64,000 nt of DNA from the NCBI GenBank assembly GCA_037447605.1, contig CM074807.1, forward strand, positions 3,422,829 through 3,486,828, given 5' to 3'. The position numbers and the translations under genes are program-made. The notes beneath the pieces were generated by a model that was given only the letters and a program-made list of their open reading frames with translations, made no database searches and was not told the DNA's origin. Source of the stretch: Zygnema circumcarinatum SAG 698-1b (taxonomy: Eukaryota; Plantae; Zygnematophyceae). The stretch's first letter is position 1, and each line of letters starts with the position of its first letter. Below are positions 24,000 through 37,414 of the stretch, in pieces.

Positions 24000-26900
24000 T
24001 CAATTTTTTTTCGAAGAAGACTTCATGTTTGCCAGTACATCAACAACTAGCCATGGAAAGCTGATCAATAATCCCGAATGCAACCCATTTAAGCTAATTC
24101 CAGCTCCTCCTTTATCATCCTCATCTTCATTTTCGATTTCATTTTCCTTTCCAAGCCAATCGGGATGATAAGTCACATAATACCACGCTGAAGCAACAAC
24201 CTTCATCATTGTTGTAAATTTTCCAAACGTCCACCATTTTGACGAACGTTGATCAAAAGATGTTTCCTTATTGTTTTCATTGTTTTCATTGTTTTCATGT
24301 TCATCATCTTTGTAGTTGCTCGCAATACACCCGCTTTGAACCAAAAAAGCATGGCGATACTCACGCCGTATGATAGAATATGCGAGGTTGACTTTTTCTT
24401 TAGAAGATCCTTGATTCTTTTGATAAAACCGTGACATATGGATGATTTGCCCAGTTACCAATTCCCCTTCAGTCGTTATTCCATACTGTCCCACAAAAAC
24501 AAGAATCACAATAAAAAAATATAGTCAAAATAATCAGCGATCACAATCAAAACGATTTAAACAATGTAAAAATATGTTTTTTTCACAAACAAATGTGCAA
24601 ATTTGTATTCAAGTCTACACATTCACCTACGAAGAAGTTTATCTAACCTCATGGTTTTACTTTTTACCTCCGTTGGTTGCATTTATCTTGGGAAGTGGCC
24701 ATTTAACATCTTTTTATAAACAAAATCGGGCAATTCATCATATTGAATTATGATCAAAGACCTTGATGTTAGCATACCAATCCGGAACACTTGTTTCATT
24801 AAATCCACAAGTTTCACATAATGCAATAAGCTTAGTGTATAGCCCATGATGAGATAGAACAAAGTAACAACTAAGATACATGGTTTAAACTAATGAAGAA
24901 GAACCATACCAACAACTGTTGCATTCAATAATTGTTTGAAAAGGCGGCCATGGCTGCCGCAGAGGAAGGAGAGGAGGAGAAGGAGAGGCAGGGGGGAGGG
25001 AAGAGAGGGAGAGGGAGAGAGAGAGGGGAGAGGGAAGAGAGGGAGGAGAGGGTAACACAATCATCTTGGCAGAAACAAAAAAAGGCAGCCCGCCTAGTCC
25101 AACCCCAAAAGAGAAGGAGGCTGGTATGAAATACCTGGTACATAAGCAGGCGGATGGCAGTTGTATATTCCCGCTTGATCTTGAAGGCTTGCTCAAGATG
25201 CTGCTCATAACCAGCCACGATCAAATCAGAATCAAACGACGACGCAATTGTCTTGCTTGCAAGGAGCCACTCGTTGGTCACTCCTCGTGGTTCCTTTTTC
25301 TGGGCCCCAATCGAAGCCACATTGGCTGCTTCTTCACTGGTCACCTTGCCCTTCACTCGTCGATACAACTCTCCAAGTACTTTCTTTGAAGTGTAGGTTT
25401 TGCCCTCGTCCTTTTCCATGAAATCAGGATATTCAGAAACTTTCAGATCTGGGGGCATCACACCCGGAATGCCCGTCTTTGGAAAGTCAAAAGCAACAGA
25501 TGCTTGCTTGGCCAACTCCAAGCATTTGGGATCACGGGCGCCAAGACTGCTCCTGTCTGCATGCACCACATGCGCATTGCAGATGATCCCCACATTATCG
25601 TTCAGCATCTGCTCCACAAAGTTCTCTTGAAGATCCTGCAGTTTGCCCATTTTGAAGCCCACAATAAACTTCAGTAAGTTGAACGTTAAATATCAACCAT
25701 TGGCTTTTCCATTGTTCTAAAGTACCCACGCAAATACTAGTAGTGATTTCCTGACAAGACGAACAAGGATATCCATTGCAAGATAGTATGTCTCTAATGC
25801 AAGGCAATCGGCGAGTTGAGATTGGGTAAGGGACGGTTATAACACATAATCCATGGCAGATAGCCCGTTCCCTCTAACAAAGATTTTAGGAGATGGGATA
25901 TATTTTTGTGATTCAAACGGCAACAAATTCTTCCCTAATTATGATCCACTAAAAACAAAGGAAAGAAAGAAGATGTCGCTCCCTCCCACTCTTCCAACAG
26001 ATCCTTTTGAGATTCACAAGCGTCACAGGCATAGCTTCTTTCCCGGCACAAAAATGAGAATGCATGAGTAAAGTCTTCAGAATTCCAAAAACACAATGCA
26101 AACTCCCCTTGCATCTCCATCAACCAATCGACCCCTTCTAATCGAGCAGCAACCCACCACTGAGAAGTCAAGATATGACGGAACCCAAGATCCCTTTCCA
26201 CTGAAGCATAAAACTAATGAAAAAAACACATGAGAGTGTTCAAATGAGAGTAGTTCAATCACACACATTTAACTTCACGTCCTCTTGCAACTTCGCCTGA
26301 TTGGCTGTATACTCCATGGGCTCTGCGCTTTCCCCCCCCGGGTGAAGGAGCTCTACATCCCAATGTACGAAGTACATATCCCCATCGAAGTCGCTCCCAG
26401 AAGCTTCATTTGCATGCGAGCGAGGGCCCTTGATAGGTAGCACAAGGCAGTCCTTTAAGTGCTGCAATTCTGGCCTGTCTACAGCTTGAAGGAATCGGAG
26501 GTCTCCGGGATGAAGGCAGGGATTCTTCCCAAAGCAAATGGGTCCTGTGATAACTCGTGGAGAGGATGCTGAGTCTATTCCCTCGCTCGTTTTCATGCTC
26601 CAATCCCCTTCAGATTCCGGACCAGACACTTGAATGAAACACTCCCCATACTGACAATCAATGGCAACATCAAACACCACGTTTCAGCTCAAAATTTTCA
26701 ACCAGTTTTCAGCTTTCGACCATCATGTCATGGCCAGACAGCAAAATGCAGTTGCCAATGTCGTACTCATTATGTCTTTCTCGACAGTTCTGATATGCTG
26801 CTACTCATAGTCCCCTGGTGCCTTTTCCTGTCTTCAGCTCAGAAAATATTGTAGACTACTACACCACCTCTTCCAAACAACAGGACACATGCAGGTTTAC

Positions 26901-29746
26901 TTTTCTTCTGTTTATTTGTGCTTACCTCTAAGGTGCCGCTTTCATCGATAACCCCCATCAACCATCGGCCTTTAGGAATATAGATTCGTGCTTTTGCGAT
27001 GAGATCTTGCAGCTGTGAAGCCCTGTCCTCACATTCGACAAAAAAAATAGTCAAAGCTGACATGAAGCAACAAGATTAACTCAGAAAATCTTAGGGCACA
27101 AATGGCCTGAACCTCAGGACGTTTCGGTTCAGTTTCAGTTTCAGAATTTTCTTCCCTTTCTTTTCAGTTTAACAACAAGGTTATTGATTGATTTCTTTAT
27201 GAAATCGAGCTTCTGTCCCTCGAACTCACCGGATAGCTTGCATCATGTGAAGCAGATGGGGTTCAGTCTGTGGATGGAAACCTCCTTGGAGCATCATAAC
27301 AGCAGGAGAATAAGGTTCTTCAATGCATGCCAGAAGCAAATGAAGAGCAGCCTCCTCGTCTACTAACGCTCTATCCAAATGGGCCACCATTTTCTCCTGC
27401 ATATCCAAAAAACACCACAAGAAAAACAGTCAGCAGCTTACGACATGAACTTTCTAGTTCTTCCCCTTCTTGCTTCCTATTCTAAGAAAACATGGCCTTC
27501 TATTCCTGGAAACAAGACTTACCTGTCTTTCTATGAAGACATGGTCAGGCACACCCAACGTTGAGAGGAGGACGATGATCTGTCGGTTGAGATAACAAGG
27601 CTGAAACTTTGTCCAATTGATCACCTCCAAATCGCAATGTGGAGAAGGAAACTTCTCCATACTGGGCCTGAAAAACAGCTTCTTTTGGCTCCCCTCCTGA
27701 GCAGCCCACTGTGCCAAAACCCCCTTATAGCCTGCATAGCGAATCTGGAAGGCCGAGGGGGGTTTTTCGCTTCCTGTAAAAGGGTTCAGGAAAGTAACAA
27801 GCCCCTCTGCCAACTCCTCTGCGAATTGGGGCGTAATTTGTCCAATTCCATCGGAAAACAACTCATTTCCGCGCTTGATTTCTTCGATGACTTCCACATC
27901 CGATCTGGGAACATGTTTTCTATGTACGGTAGAGGAGAAGCATTGCCCCATGCGAGCCTGATACTTGGCTGTGTTCTTTATTCTGCTGAAATCTCCCAAC
28001 CAAGAACGAATCTCCTTCACCGTGAGATTGGAGCCAATTTCGGACCCTCCCTCCCCAAAAAACCACGCGGACTTGTTTCGGAGCTGGCTTGAACTGCAGG
28101 CCAAATATTCGAACCGCCGTCCGCAAAATTCAAATCCCTGCAGGATTGGAAAGGAGGGGTACTGATTCAATGAAGAGGAAGCATACATAGTGCAGAATGC
28201 TGGAAATGGAACTTATAAAAAGGAATGGCTGAAATCACACTTCTGAAAGGGTCAGATGCACTTGAGAGAATTGTAGTAAGCTTACACATTTGACAATGTT
28301 CAGGATGCGATCATAGACTGTCGTACGGCCTTCCATTCTCCTATATTCCTTTCCCATTGATCCTTGTGTCAGCAATGCGAAGGATTGGAGATCATGCATA
28401 GCTTCATCCGTAAACGTAACTCTCACAAAGCTGTCGATGTGGTCCTTATAATGTCGGAGAACTCTATTAGAGAGGTCGTATTCCGGCGGCAGAGCATATG
28501 CAGTCAAAGGAGTTATGATAATACGTTTGACCAAAACGTGGTTTTCAGTGACCCACTTGGGGGAAGGGGATGGTGAGGGGGATGGGGAGGGGGAGGAGGA
28601 GGGGGAGGGGTGAGGGGGAGGGGGAACCCCTTTTGTGAACTTTGATTTTGCAATTCTTCCCATCTCCAGCTCAATTCTGTTCGTTGGCTTAAAGGCTGGA
28701 TAGTGGTAGTGAAGCATTTTTCTCAAGGCAATGCAAGAGATGTCCGGATCACTCTTTGCCAAGAGCTGAAGCAAATTGTTATCAACAGTTGTGCATGGAA
28801 CTATGCCCCTCAACACGAGCGAGTTGAGAAGGAACAAGACATTGAATGGGATCTTGTTTGAAGCGGCGACTCTTTTCGAAAATGTAAGAAGGCTTTTGTT
28901 TCTTCCACCCCATTTTGGCATATGCAATGGTTCGAAGTCGAGCTCCCCTGTTGGCCTCCATCCTGTGTTCCATGTGTACTTGCTGAAGGCCTTCAAAACA
29001 TCGACAACTGTTCTCTGACGAAAGACTGATACTGCAAGACAATAAAGCGTACACAACCCAATAAGTCCATCTTTTGTAAAGTCTACTGTCCTCGACCAGG
29101 GATCTTCATTATCCACACTCCAGGAGTACATAACGTCGTCCTTCCAAACATCATCGTCTGCTTGCCTTTCATATATATGAGGAGCAACCCCAACTTCAAA
29201 GAAGACCCTAATGATAAGCCTCTCGGTGAAATGCCGAGATTGCCAGCATGCCTTTATGTTCCGGAGAAGAAATTCCAGTTTGTAATCCTTGGATTCCTTT
29301 TCCCCCCGCTGTTGCACGACTATGCAGAGCTTCTTATTATCAAAATCGAATCCGACGGTTGCATTCTTCTCCGATTGCCACCCACAAGAGAAAGTTTGGA
29401 ACCCAGAGAGAATGCCACATTGAACAGTTACATTCTCCAAAACATGGGGGGTTCGAGGTTGAAGTTTTCCCATGCGAACTTTCAGTTTGGACCCATTGAA
29501 CTCCAAGGAGCCATTCCTGGCTAAATCAACCGCATATAAAGCCTGCCTTTCGTTCAAAAGCAGGACGAAAGCAGGACCGGCATGCTGCCAGGGTGCCTTG
29601 TTTTTCTTGAAAACTCCTTTCAGTTTGCACCATAGAACTGTGCAACCTTCCTGCACGAAGATCTCGACGAGTTTCTTTGCTGACGTCAATCCAGCAGCAA
29701 TATCTGTCACACACACAGAACATGGTAGCTGTTCTGTCTCTGACAT
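24000..29746 (-). CDS. RDR6: RNA-dependent RNA polymerase, RDR6-like (alpha clade), catalytic motif DFDGD
   Basis: Approximate exons 29746-28286, 28137-27523, ~27400-27229, ~27025-26926, ~26660-26271, ~25635-25135 and 24485-24000. RDR6-type motifs: EDPWSRTVDFT, ITPLTAYALPPEYDLSNRVLRHY, KYQARMGQCFSST, FSDGIGQI, AFQIRYAGYKG, WTKFQPCYLNRQII, KNPCLHPGDLR, NEASGSDFDGDMYFVHWD, GIICNAHVVHAD, ASAWYYVTYHPDW, SFPW. Confidence 0.93.
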
Positions 29747-31663
29747 GCTTCAAATGCGACGAAAATCTTGCATGGATGAAAAGGACTCAATCTGTAAAAT
29801 TTATTTTTTCCTGCAAAGGCCAAACATCAATACAACCACCTCTGATTAGATCCGTATAATGATGAAGAAACAGCCCTTTTCGGAAGCACCCTCAACCTCA
29901 ACCATAATTACATAAAAAACGCGAATAACATCAAATGCAATGAGGAATAACAACGAAGAGACATCAATCCTCTTCTAATATCGATGGTCAGGTTCCGACT
30001 TGCCATTTTCAGATCACGAAGTGCATGGCTCCACTCTCCATAAAACTCCATTGTGAGTAAAGGCTCCAAAATCCTGCAAAACAGTAACTTAAACTTAATA
30101 ACTTGGATTGACGTTGAAAGCATATTAGACGTCGATTGCGCGATGCAGTCAGAGATGACCGATAACAAGACAGGTTTCCACCGGATCAACCTTCCGCATG
30201 TTTGAATATGAATAAATATACCGAATACGACTGCCTGCAACGGTTGAATGTGATTACAAAATTCCGTGACTGCGAAGGAAGGCTTTCGACTTTCAACTTA
30301 TACATTCCTACGTGCACTGTGGACAGAAAAAGGAACATCTGCAAGATCAAGATTTGTTGCAGGTCAGAACGCACCCTCAGGGAGCCGCACGTGTGAGGTT
30401 GCACGTGCAGACCCGGTGAGAATGCCCCCCCTCGCCCATCGCTAGAAGGGCCTGCATTGCGCTTCAAGCCATCCGCTCTCCACCGTCCAATGGTTGGCAC
30501 CAGTTACAGGATTTACACACATATGCGAACCTGAAGAGGGGAAACATAAAAGGTGAAAGAGGTTAGGACAGATAGAAGGAGTAGGTTATAGAGGGAACAT
30601 TCGGCAAGTTAGAGAGGAGCAAGTCAGAGGGGGGAAGGGGTATTGATTTAAATGATAGTTTTGCATCATAAAGTACAATATAATACACAGGACTAGTAAT
30701 GCCCACAAAACTACAAACAGCAAAACGGTGTAGCCAACCAAACAATAATGCTACCAGTTTTGGTACACCGTAAAGGTACAAAAGAAAACACATAAAAAAC
30801 AAGAGGGCTGCCGCAATTTATTGTAGTAGTGTCTATTGAAAGACAACAAACTCTATCGGCTGATTGAATTTGGTTGGTAAAGCAACACAGTAAAATTGTC
30901 GTGCACATTCCTAGACTTCAATTGAAAGGTGTCATGTCAAGCTACGCTGGCTTTTCTCAGTGATCCAAAGTTCTGAAAAACAGAGAAGAATCGCAGAATA
31001 ATTATTAATAAAAAGCAGTTTCAGTTTCAATGTTAGTTTTAGTTTTTCTTTATTTCAAGGGGGTGAAAGGTATCATCTACAGGTTGAGCAGACTGCGTCT
31101 TGAACTCATTCAAACAATCAAACCATGACTGAACCATTCACATCACCATTTTGAAAAAAAAAAAAAAATCTCCAGAAGAGAGCGCTCACCGAGTACAAAG
31201 ATTTCATCCTTTCCCTATTTCAACAGCATGAAAATTTCAGCCATATTTCGCACAGGCCCTCCTTCCAGCAAGCTCCCTCCCCTCCCTCCCTTAAAAAAAA
31301 AGGTTGAATGTGGTGAAGGCCTGCACTGATCAGGCGAGGGCATCCCGTTCCATGTCCCTGTCAAAGTTTCACTGTCACAGTTTCCAATTTTTTGCACAGT
31401 TTTAGCATTGCCTGTACGAACCTCACATGGAATGCCCGTAATACCAACACTGTATAAGATTTGTAGTTTTTCCGGGAAGTTCTATGATGTACAATCGAGG
31501 CTCTACATGTTTCAAATGTTCTGTCTCGCTTAGCGTGTCATATGTAGCACACTCCAGTTCGCACCCCAAACGGTACTTTCCATGTTGAAAATCGGATCAC
31601 AGTTCCAGAAAAAATCGCCGGCTTTAAATCGAGGCGACGACCGTACGGCGGGATTGAGGTGGA

Positions 31664-31740
31664 AAACCGCAAACCGCAAACCGCAAACCGCAAACCGCAA
31701 ACCGCAAACCGCAAACCGCAAACCGCAAACTGCAAACCGG
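31664..31740. repeat. (AAACCGC)x11 heptamer array
   Basis: Nine perfect units plus AAACTGC and AAACCGG. Confidence 0.95.
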
Positions 31741-32149
31741 CATTGTGGCGGCCTCATCGCGAGGTCAGACTACGGGGCGGCTGACCAGGTGGCTAACTAG
31801 CCAACGGTTGACCAGAAAGCTGGCCTCTTTTTGACCGCATGGTTGAGTCCATGGCTGACCAATCGGTGGAGAAGTACCTTAACCACGTGACTGACCAAAC
31901 GGTTAGCCAGTTAGCCATTTTCCAGCATCATATCATGCCTCTACAATGTAGAACGAACTCGAACACAGTTTACATGCGCAAGGAAGGAAAGCCGAAAATA
32001 AGAACGAAACAAGCCCCAAATTAACAAACTTGAGACGGTGTGTCCCTCAATCCGCATGCGTTCCACCGGTGTTGTAAATCTCTCTACTGAATATCACACA
32101 GACGACCCACAGAGCTGACCTCTCCTTTACAGGAATTCCGAAGTTGTTT

Positions 32150-32203
32150 TTAACCCTAAACCCTTAACCCTAAACCCTAAACCCTAAACCTTAAACCCTA
32201 AAC
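32150..32203. repeat. Interstitial plant telomere-like repeat (CCCTAAA)n, degenerate
   Basis: taaccctaaacccttaaccctaaaccctaaaccctaaaccttaaaccctaaac. Confidence 0.85.
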
Positions 32204-32279
32204 TCGTTTTAGGAAACGCTAAAGACCCTCACACCTTGCCACATATTATCCTATGGTCCTCATTCATTCATTCATTCAT

Positions 32280-35200
32280 TCATTGAACGAGAGCCGCGAG
32301 CCATGGCCGGGCGAGGAGGCCTTGCAAGTCGGCGTCCCTTTGCAGGTCGGCGGGCGCGAGGGCCCCCACCGCGTGCAGGCGGCGCAGGGCGGCGGCCGCC
32401 TCGGCCTCCCTCCCGAGGAGGGCCGCCGCGCAGGCGAGGTTGTACAGGGCATCGCACGCGTCGCTGAAGCTCAGCTCACTGCCGCCTGGACACAGACACA
32501 CACTTTCAGATCACAATTCACAAAAAAGAGATAAAAAGGACATTTTATGCGTCAAAAAAAAGACACTAAGGTGTCGGATGTTCCAAGTCAAACCAAGTCA
32601 AACCAAGTCAATCCAAGTCAATCCAAGTCAATCCAGGTCAAGTCAAGTCAATGCAGGTCAATCCAGGTCGATGCAACTCAAATCAGGTCAATCCAAGTTA
32701 ATGCATTCAATTCAAGTCAATCCAATCAAACCAAGTCAATCCAAGTCAATCCAAGTCAATGAAAGTAAGACGGGTCGTCTCTTCCAGCACTTACAGGACA
32801 CCAAAAATTGAAGTTTTCAAGGAAAAACTGAGTTCAAAATCTGACCTGCTCGAATCGATGCCACCGCTTTGCGATACATGGCGATGCTCTGCTCCCATTG
32901 GCTGGCTGCTGACGTGGCATCACCTCGAGCAGCCAGCCACTTACCTGCTGCCAGGTGGCAGTCGCCCAATCCCAGCAAGGCCTCCACATTGGAGGAATCG
33001 ATTCGCAATGAGGAATTATACCCTTCTTCTATGGCTGCCTTTAATAGCGGTAAAACCTGCAAAAGAAATACAACAGGGAATGAGGAACTTGGAAATAGAG
33101 TGTTCTTTACAGTTCGTAAAGCATTATTCAAGTTATTATCTTAGGGTTTGCTAAAAAAATCAGCTTTAGTCTTAACAGATTTCCTAACAACGAAGAGAGA
33201 AGGAGAGAGATGACAGAGCAGGAGGGAGGGAGGGAGGGAGGGAGGGTACATGTTCGTGCTGTTCCGTTACAGTTTGACAGCGCTCAGCATGGAGACTGAG
33301 AGCCTCTCCAAGAGCCAGTTTTGAAGCCAAGTCGGTGGGGTGAAACTGCCCGGCATGCCGAAATTTTTCAGCTGCTTGAAGAAATAGTGATGTGGCAAGC
33401 TGGGGGTCTCCAACTCTCTGCATGGAACAGAAAAACTATGGCACTTTGAAGGTCCTTCTTGCGGCATTAGGGTTTCCGTTTCCTTCTACACATTCAAATC
33501 CCCCCAGTTTCCTATGGTTTCCTACTCGTCCTAGAAACCGGTTTCCAAGATGTTTGGGAGGGCTACATTCTCTTCAGCCCACAAAGTTTGAACATTTTTA
33601 GGGTTTTTAACGAATGTTTGAACCTGCCTGTGCCATAGAGAGAAGCGCTGAACCCCAGTTGTGAAGGAGACCTGCCAAGTCATCTCCCGTTCTTGTATCT
33701 GATCTCTCACAAGCTGTCCCATATATGTCCAAAGCCTGCTGGTAGAGGAGCTTGGCCTCCTCCCATATGGGGGGGCTCTCTATGAGAGAGGCAGCCTAAG
33801 GGAGAGAAGGAGAGGAGGAGGAGGAGAGAGGAATAGAACGAGGACAAGGTGGAGATTATGGTTATGGGGTTTGGATGGAAGCAGGGTAAAACAGAGCATA
33901 GATGGGGGGTACTGGTGGGGTTTCAAATAGGAGGGAGAGAGAGGGGGAGGGGACGGGGAGGGAGAGGAGCGATACAATATGGACAGAGAGGGTAGAAGGA
34001 AGGAAAGGGCGGAAGGGAGGGTAGGAAGGGAACGGGAGGACAGGCCGGTGAGAGGTAGGGAGAAGAGGAAGGGGCAGGGGTTGGAGGAAGAAGGAAGTAG
34101 GGGGGAAGGGAGAGGGGAAGTAGACAGGAAGGGGGAGAGGGAGAGAACGAGGAAGAGGGAGAGGAAACGGGGTAAAGGAAGAGGATGGAGGAATCAGAAA
34201 GCATAGAAACCCACCACCAGTTCAGCACGCTTCACGTAACAGTCAGCCAAATTGGTCAAAATTTCAATATCTTCTGGGGCAGCTAGCAAAGCTTTTGCAT
34301 ACCTGCCCCCACATCCAAGTAGGGCCCAAACATAAAAGCAACTGTTGGAACTAGCAACGATCCAAAACCTTAAAAAAAGTTCAAACCCTTGAACCCCAAT
34401 TTCAATTGGTGACCAAAAACCTTGAACTTTTCCAGTCCATCGTTCCAACTGCAAGCAGGACCTTGTTTTCAAGGAGCTGAATTTCCCATTCATTGCAGGA
34501 ACAGTAAAGCAATGTTTACCTCTCATTTGCTTGAGTCAAAAGCTGCGTGGTTTCATTGCATCGACTGCTTCCGTGGAGACTCTCTAGAGATTCAGTGTGA
34601 ACATCTGCCCAAGCCATTAGAGAGTTCGCACTATTCACTAATGCACTTTGGCGGAGACTTTTTTCGGCACCTTCCGATGAAGCAACTGTCTCATAGGCCT
34701 CATAGGCCTGCCTGCGAATCACCGCTCGCCACCTGTCACTCTACGAACAGGCTCTTCTTTGTATGCGAAAAAATCCGGCAGTCTAGGGTTTGCAAACGGT
34801 GAATCATGGCTACTGGGGTTGGAGAGGATTATCAGGAGGGAACAAATGAAAAAAAAAAAAAGGGTAATTTTTTAGGGTGGGCGACTGGCATCCTGAGCCC
34901 CCCCACCTGCACAAGTCAACTGCCTCATGATTGGCTCGAAGCTCCACGTCAGCAGCTTTCATTCGAGTCGTGGATTTTCTTTCATCGAATGGACTGCCCG
35001 CAGACTTTCGCCCTTCTACTAGAACTGATTCAGAGAGAAGCTGAAAGGCTTCTGCCTGGGGAGGAGAGCAGAAAGAATTACGGGAAAAACACATTTCACG
35101 TTAAAAAGGTTTAACTTTTCGACACTTTTCGGAACAAGGAGAGAACAAGGAGAAGGTCTGGCTCATGATTCTGTCCTTTAGTGGGTTTTTTAAATTGACC

Positions 35201-36286
35201 TAAAGTAAGCAGGGGTCTTTAGCGTATAGGCGTTTTGACCTGAAAACTAGTGACCAGAAGTAGTTACTATGCACGAAGAATTCTCTTATTCAATTTGTTA
35301 CTTTATTGTGGCTACGGAATTTACTTCGGCTCACTCGTATGTTTTGCCCTTTTTTAATTAACATTCCAGCTGGTTATCGTAAACGTGAAAGTGGGCAGTG
35401 TGAAAACGAAACGACAGAACGAGAGAAGTAACCAAAAGGACATTGGAAGAGGGAAAGAGGAAGGTGCTGCATGGAGGGAAGAGAGAGGAGGGGGAAAGGG
35501 CTTGCATGAGAGTGAGAGGGTGGGGAGAGGTAGGGTTGCGTGGAGGAGAGAGAGAGAGTGAAAGGACGACAGAGGGAGAGGGGAGTAATTGTTTACTCAC
35601 CAGTTCAAACAGAGCGTCAAAGCGCACAGAGTCCTGCAGAGGCTGTGAGAGCGCAGCAGCATAGCCCTGAATGCTTACTCTCAGATGGTTTGAGCTCCCG
35701 GAGCCGCTCCCCCGCCTCTCAGCGGCTTGCTTGTGCCTGCCAGCCTCTGTCATCACTAAAAAATTTCCCTCAGAGAGAGAGAGAGAACAGAAGCAGAGCG
35801 ATGACAATACACAACTACATCGAATCTGACCTCAACGCTAACCTTAGGCCAACCCTAACCCAGCCCAGCCCCAGAAGTAAACTCCAACTTGAGCCTAGAT
35901 AAAACTCTAACCTATCCGCATCAGACCTGAAACGAAATCTCCTTTCTAACTCTGAGTCTGAGTGCAAATCTTAACGCTAACCCTGGTCTCAGTCCTAACC
36001 CCGACCATGAGCTAGCCCAGGCACAACCTTGATGCTCCTCCACCTCCCTCCTACCCCTTCCCTCCGCCCCCTGCCTCTCACTCCTCCTCCTCTCCCTCCC
36101 CCTCCCCCTCTCCCTCTCCCTCCTCCCTCTCCCTCCTCCCTCTCCCTCTCCTCTCCCTCTCCCTCTCCCTCCCTCTCCCTCTCCCTCTCTCCCTCTCCTC
36201 TCCCTCTCCCTCTCCCTCTCCCTCTCCCTCTCCCTCTCCCTCTCCCTCTCCCTCTCCTCTCCCTCCCTCACCAGCAAGGAGGACAT
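32280..36286 (-). CDS. TPR/helical-repeat protein with C-terminal TPR-like cap (start uncertain)
   Basis: Spliceable exons give YAKALLAAPEDIEILTNLADCYVKRAEL, EEAKLLYQQALDIY..LLHNWGSA, LALGEALSLHAE, NVEALLGLGDCHLAAG and ALYNLACAAALLGREAEAAAAL..DADLQGL. Tentative first exon MSSLL at 36286. Confidence 0.75.
32583..32760. repeat. CAAGTCAATC-type 10-bp minisatellite in the last TPR intron
   Basis: Repeated ccaagtcaat / ccaggtcaat units. Confidence 0.9.
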
Positions 36287-37414
36287 GCGGCGCCAAATGC
36301 AAAGCGGTTCCACTGCCACTGCGCCCTCGAGTAGAGCGCCCACGCCCTCTGCTCTGGCCGCCACGTGTCATTCTCCAGCAAAGAAGAAGCTGCTCGACGC
36401 ACAGCTTTCAGCCTTTCAGTTCGCTGCAAAGCCCCGGCAGGAAGAAGAGGAAGAGATGCCTACTGAAGATCTCAAGAGTTTATGGGGTTTCTACCTTAGG
36501 GCTTTTTAAAGGTTTTATTAATGTTTCTGGGTTCAGTTAGCCATAGAGTCTCTATATGAGGATCGGCGCACCACTGACTTTCCATAGCCGGCGGAGGAGG
36601 GGCGACCATCATCCTATGGGGACTCGCCAAAGAGAACAACTGTCTCTACATGCAGATCGCTATTGGCAGGAACTTAATGAACTTTTATCTTTGCTCAGTG
36701 TTGAGGAACAAACGAATGTTTTGGCAAACCGACTTTGAGCTTTGGTCCCTTCAGCACTTTAAACCTCCTCTCCTGCAAGAGGCTGGTTCAGCTCAAAGGG
36801 CGCTACTGCAGTTCTTTGTAGATGGACGAGCATTGGGCATCTTAACAAAAAGCGATTCACGATGGTTGTAAAATGTTGTACATTGTGTTGCTTTTACGTC
36901 ACACTTTGGTTTTGCTTTGAGGTAAGAAATACTTTGGTTTGTTTGGTTTCTTATATTGTAGTTGAATGTTTGGATCAACTTTTGATGTCTAAGCCAAATC
37001 AATACAATATTTTCTTCATCCTTTTCCTCCATTTGCTCAATCCTCTGAAATGGTGTCCCCCTCCCATTTCTCCACACCCCCCCACTCCACCCCCCCCCCC
37101 CTCCCCCCCAATAAGAATGGCTCTCGCAAAGGAGCCAAAACATAGGGCTTTGAAGTTTAGGGCCAAAGGTTTCCTCCTCTCCTTGATGTCCTTAATGGCT
37201 TTAAGACCCTAGTTTTAACCTAGAAGAGTTTCCAAGATCTTTCAATTTAGGATAACTCTATCTAGCATTCGTCACCTCCTCTAATCTACAAAGGCTGAAG
37301 ATCGTGAATACCCCTCGCCCAGTTTTGCCCATAAGGCCATTTACAAACGAGTCATTTACTGAAATTCAATACCTAATAAAAGCCTGCAAACCACTAGGGA
37401 TGCTGCTTCTGATT

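Noticed and set aside
36556-36871. Short plus-strand ORFs between the TPR and Myb genes
   Set aside because: No recognisable motif or consistent splice structure.
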